A stretch of 64,000 nucleotides of DNA from Prasinococcaceae sp. CCMP 1430 (Eukaryota > Plantae > Prasinodermophyta), in the NCBI GenBank assembly GCA_013416795.1, contig RQSC01000024.1:40838-104837 (forward strand). The letters are read 5' to 3'. Under the pieces are notes generated by a model. The model made no database searches. It worked only from the letters and a program-made list of their open reading frames with translations, and was not told the DNA's origin. The translations under genes and the position numbers were made by a program. The stretch's first letter is position 1, and every line of letters begins with the position of its first letter. This document shows, one piece after another, positions 61,718-64,000 of this stretch.

Positions 61718-62689
61718 GTGCTCACCACGCTGCAGCAGCGCGCGCGCGGCGCGGAGTACCGCCCGCAGCCACGCACGGCCGAGGCGGACGCCATGCAACG
61801 GCTGGATGTGCAGCGCGGCATGTGGGGGACGACCGCGGCGGTCGCGACATTCACTGCTGTGAGCGTTGCCGTCGGACGCGTCGCGGGCTCCACCGCCGCG
61901 CTCGCCGCCGCGTCAATCGCGTCGCAGCGCGCCTCGGCCCTCGCCGAGGGCGCGCTCGCGCCGTGGGCGCTTGGGAACCTGTTGGCGCTCACCGACAGCT
62001 ACTCGCCCCTCGCCACCGAGGCTGCCGTCATCGTGCGCGAGCTAGCACCCAAGGGCGCCGAGGGCGACGACAGCGCGGCGCATGGCTTCGGACGCGCTGC
62101 AGACGCCGTGCTCTTTGAGCGCACCGGCGCGGCGGTCGCGCCGCGCGTCGCCGAGGCCGCCAAAGACAAAAAGGCCGCGCGCCCGTCCATCGCCAAGATG
62201 CTCGCCATCGAGCGCGAGCGCGAGGAGGAGGACGAGCGTCGCGCCGCCTCGGCTCAGGCCGCGCGCGCGGGCAAGCCGAGCCGCCAGGACGACATGACGC
62301 TCGCACTGCGAGGCGGCCGCGCGGTCGCCGCCGCGCGCCGGGCCGCTGAGGCCAGCGCGGCTGCCAATGCGGGAGCAGGGGAGGACGGCGACGCCTTCGG
62401 GTACGACCGCCAGCAGCAACTTCAGCTACAGGGAGCGACAGCGACTGAGGGTGGGGGTGGGAACACGTTCTTCGACAGCGTGCTGGGACCGGGCTTCTGG
62501 GGCGAGAGGGGGGTGGAGGGTGGCGGCGGCGGCAGCGAGGCCGATGGCGACGCGGACATGACGCGGCGCACGCGGCACGCGCGAGAGCGCGCCGAGCGGC
62601 GCGCGCGCATCGCGGCCATCCGCGCGAGGCGCGAGGCTGAGGGCTTCCACCCCGACCACACAGCGCCTCACGTCCGCTTCATTGGGTGA
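61718..62689 (+). CDS. Hypothetical protein (start uncertain)
   Basis: 323-aa Ala/Glu-rich ORF with coding-like codon usage, open upstream to 61577. No recognised family. Confidence 0.55.
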   Translation: MLTTLQQRARGAEYRPQPRTAEADAMQRLDVQRGMWGTTAAVATFTAVSVAVGRVAGSTAALAAASIASQRASALAEGALAPWALGNLLALTDSYSPLATEAAVIVRELAPKGAEGDDSAAHGFGRAADAVLFERTGAAVAPRVAEAAKDKKAARPSIAKMLAIEREREEEDERRAASAQAARAGKPSRQDDMTLALRGGRAVAAARRAAEASAAANAGAGEDGDAFGYDRQQQLQLQGATATEGGGGNTFFDSVLGPGFWGERGVEGGGGGSEADGDADMTRRTRHARERAERRARIAAIRARREAEGFHPDHTAPHVRFIG

Positions 62690-62919
62690 CCCGACGGCCT
62701 CCCTCGCTTGTGTGCACTACTTGTACAGTACCAATTTCGTACCTGTTGTTCCTATCCGAGCTTGATGCGCCTGCTTGCTGGCGGAGGTGCGCTGCGCGCG
62801 CTTACCCAGGGGTCGGCTCCGCGGCGTGCAGGGGGGGCGTGCGTGCGTGTCGGCGCCCACATGGGCGGCAAAAATTACGGGGGGGGGGGAAGGCGCGCGC
62901 GCGCAGCGTCGGGGCGCGC

Positions 62920-64000
62920 TCATGCGAGCACGTGGGCGCTCTCGCGCGCGAGCTGCACGAAGTAGCCGACGTTCTCCTCGGGCGTGCCCTGCACCACGCC
63001 GTGGCCCACACCCAGGATGTGCCGCCGCCCGCCGCCGGCCTTCAGGCACGCGTCCACCTCGGCCTTGATCTTCTCCTGCGGCCCAAACAGCACCATCGGG
63101 TCCACGTTGCCCTGCAGCGTGCGGTCCGGTCCCGCGGCGGCCCTCGCCTCCGCCATCGACGTGTTCCAGTCGAGCCCCACAACGTCGGCCTCGGACTGCA
63201 TGAGCAGCGGCAGCTTGCCCACGCCGCCGTTGGCGTGGAAGATGATGGGCACGCCCGGGCAGCGCTCACGGAGGCCGGCCACCACGCGCTCCGCGTACGG
63301 CTGCGAGAACTCCTCGAACTGCGCCGGCGAGAGGTGGTGCGCCCACGAGTCGAAGAGCTGCACGATCTGCGCGCCGCTCTTGACCTGGTACTCGCAGTAG
63401 GTGATGAGCGCCTCGGTCAGGTGGTCCAGGAAGGCGTGCAGCACCTCGGGGTTGTGCATCATGATCTGCTTGGTCTGGAGCAGGTGCCTGTCGGCCTTGG
63501 CCTCCATGGCGTACGCCGCGAGCGTCCAGGGCGTGCCGACGAAGCCCAGCAGCGCGGGCACGTCCTCGGCGTCGCCCTTGTAGCCGCCGGCGACCTCGGT
63601 GCGCAGCGTGGACAGGATCTCGCCCACGAAGGACAGCGACGACGAGGGGTCGTCCATGGGCTTGAGCGCGCGCACGTCCTCCATGCTGCGCACGGGCGTG
63701 CTGATGAGGGGGCCCTTGCCCTTGATGACGTCGAACTCGATGCCGAGCGCGGGCAGCGGCGTGAGGATGTCCGAGAACATGATGACGCCGTCCGTGCCGA
63801 ACGCGCGCCACGGCTGCAGCGAGAGCTCGACGGCGATGTCGGGCGTCTCGGAGCGCATGCGGAAGGGGTACTTGGTGGAGTACTCGCGGAACTCCGCCAT
63901 GTACCGCCCCGCCTGCCGCATGAGCCACACGGGCGTGCGCTCGGCCTCCTCGCCGCGCGCGACGCGCAGCAGCAGCGGGTCGGCCGCCGCGGCGGCCGCC
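62920..64000 (-). CDS. UROD: Uroporphyrinogen decarboxylase (5' partial)
   Basis: RTPVWLMRQAGRYM, FRMRSETPDIAVELSLQPW, IMFSDILTPL, LGFVGTPWTLAAY, QLFDSWA, LQGNVDP, ILGVGHG. Confidence 0.97.
   Translation of the reverse strand, partial: AAAAAADPLLLRVARGEEAERTPVWLMRQAGRYMAEFREYSTKYPFRMRSETPDIAVELSLQPWRAFGTDGVIMFSDILTPLPALGIEFDVIKGKGPLISTPVRSMEDVRALKPMDDPSSSLSFVGEILSTLRTEVAGGYKGDAEDVPALLGFVGTPWTLAAYAMEAKADRHLLQTKQIMMHNPEVLHAFLDHLTEALITYCEYQVKSGAQIVQLFDSWAHHLSPAQFEEFSQPYAERVVAGLRERCPGVPIIFHANGGVGKLPLLMQSEADVVGLDWNTSMAEARAAAGPDRTLQGNVDPMVLFGPQEKIKAEVDACLKAGGGRRHILGVGHGVVQGTPEENVGYFVQLARESAHVLA

Noticed and set aside
11839-64000. Pigment-biosynthesis gene cluster (POR-like, LCYE, LCYB, UROD, IMPL1, cyclophilin)
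   Set aside because: The genes are spread over 50 kb among unrelated housekeeping genes; plastid genes are common enough for this to be chance. Only the LCYE/LCYB adjacency is retained.
1-64000. tRNA, rRNA, transposase/retroelement or giant-virus insertion
   Set aside because: No cloverleaf, rRNA-like, RT/integrase/transposase or viral core-gene motifs were recognised; intron style and composition are uniform across the window.

Overview
Gene-dense, very GC-rich eukaryotic nuclear DNA with short spliceosomal introns (GTGCGT/GTACGT donors, CTGAC branch sites) and TGTAA motifs in many 3' flanks. The plastid-pathway genes point to a green alga, probably prasinophyte-grade; this is inference and the species is not determined. 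About 28 protein-coding genes are supported: a Cys-rich VWC-like protein, GST, PLD6-like nuclease, BAR-like/EH protein, alpha/beta hydrolase, saccharopine-dehydrogenase-like protein, POR-like SDR, TRAF zinc-finger protein, DEK, REI1, HIBADH, CutA, F-box-like protein, AP-1 gamma, MAD2, a coiled-coil protein, kinesin, NT-C2 and DUF445 ORFs, an SQ/TQ-rich protein, IMPL1, LCYE-LHC fusion, LCYB, a ~4100-aa VPS13, an LPMO-like protein, cyclophilin and UROD. No rRNA, tRNA, CRISPR array or transposase was recognised. Three N-runs and two single-N gaps obscure several gene 5' ends. The strongest leads are: (1) a lycopene epsilon-cyclase fused in frame to a full LHC domain, head-to-head with a separate lycopene beta-cyclase across a repeat-rich spacer; (2) a kinesin with a non-canonical P-loop and a C-terminal module resembling marine phage proteins; (3) a His-brace LPMO-like gene; (4) VPS13 with inserted GRAM-like domains; (5) a GST whose ATG appears split by an intron. 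All domain calls come from visual motif recognition; no database searches were run.
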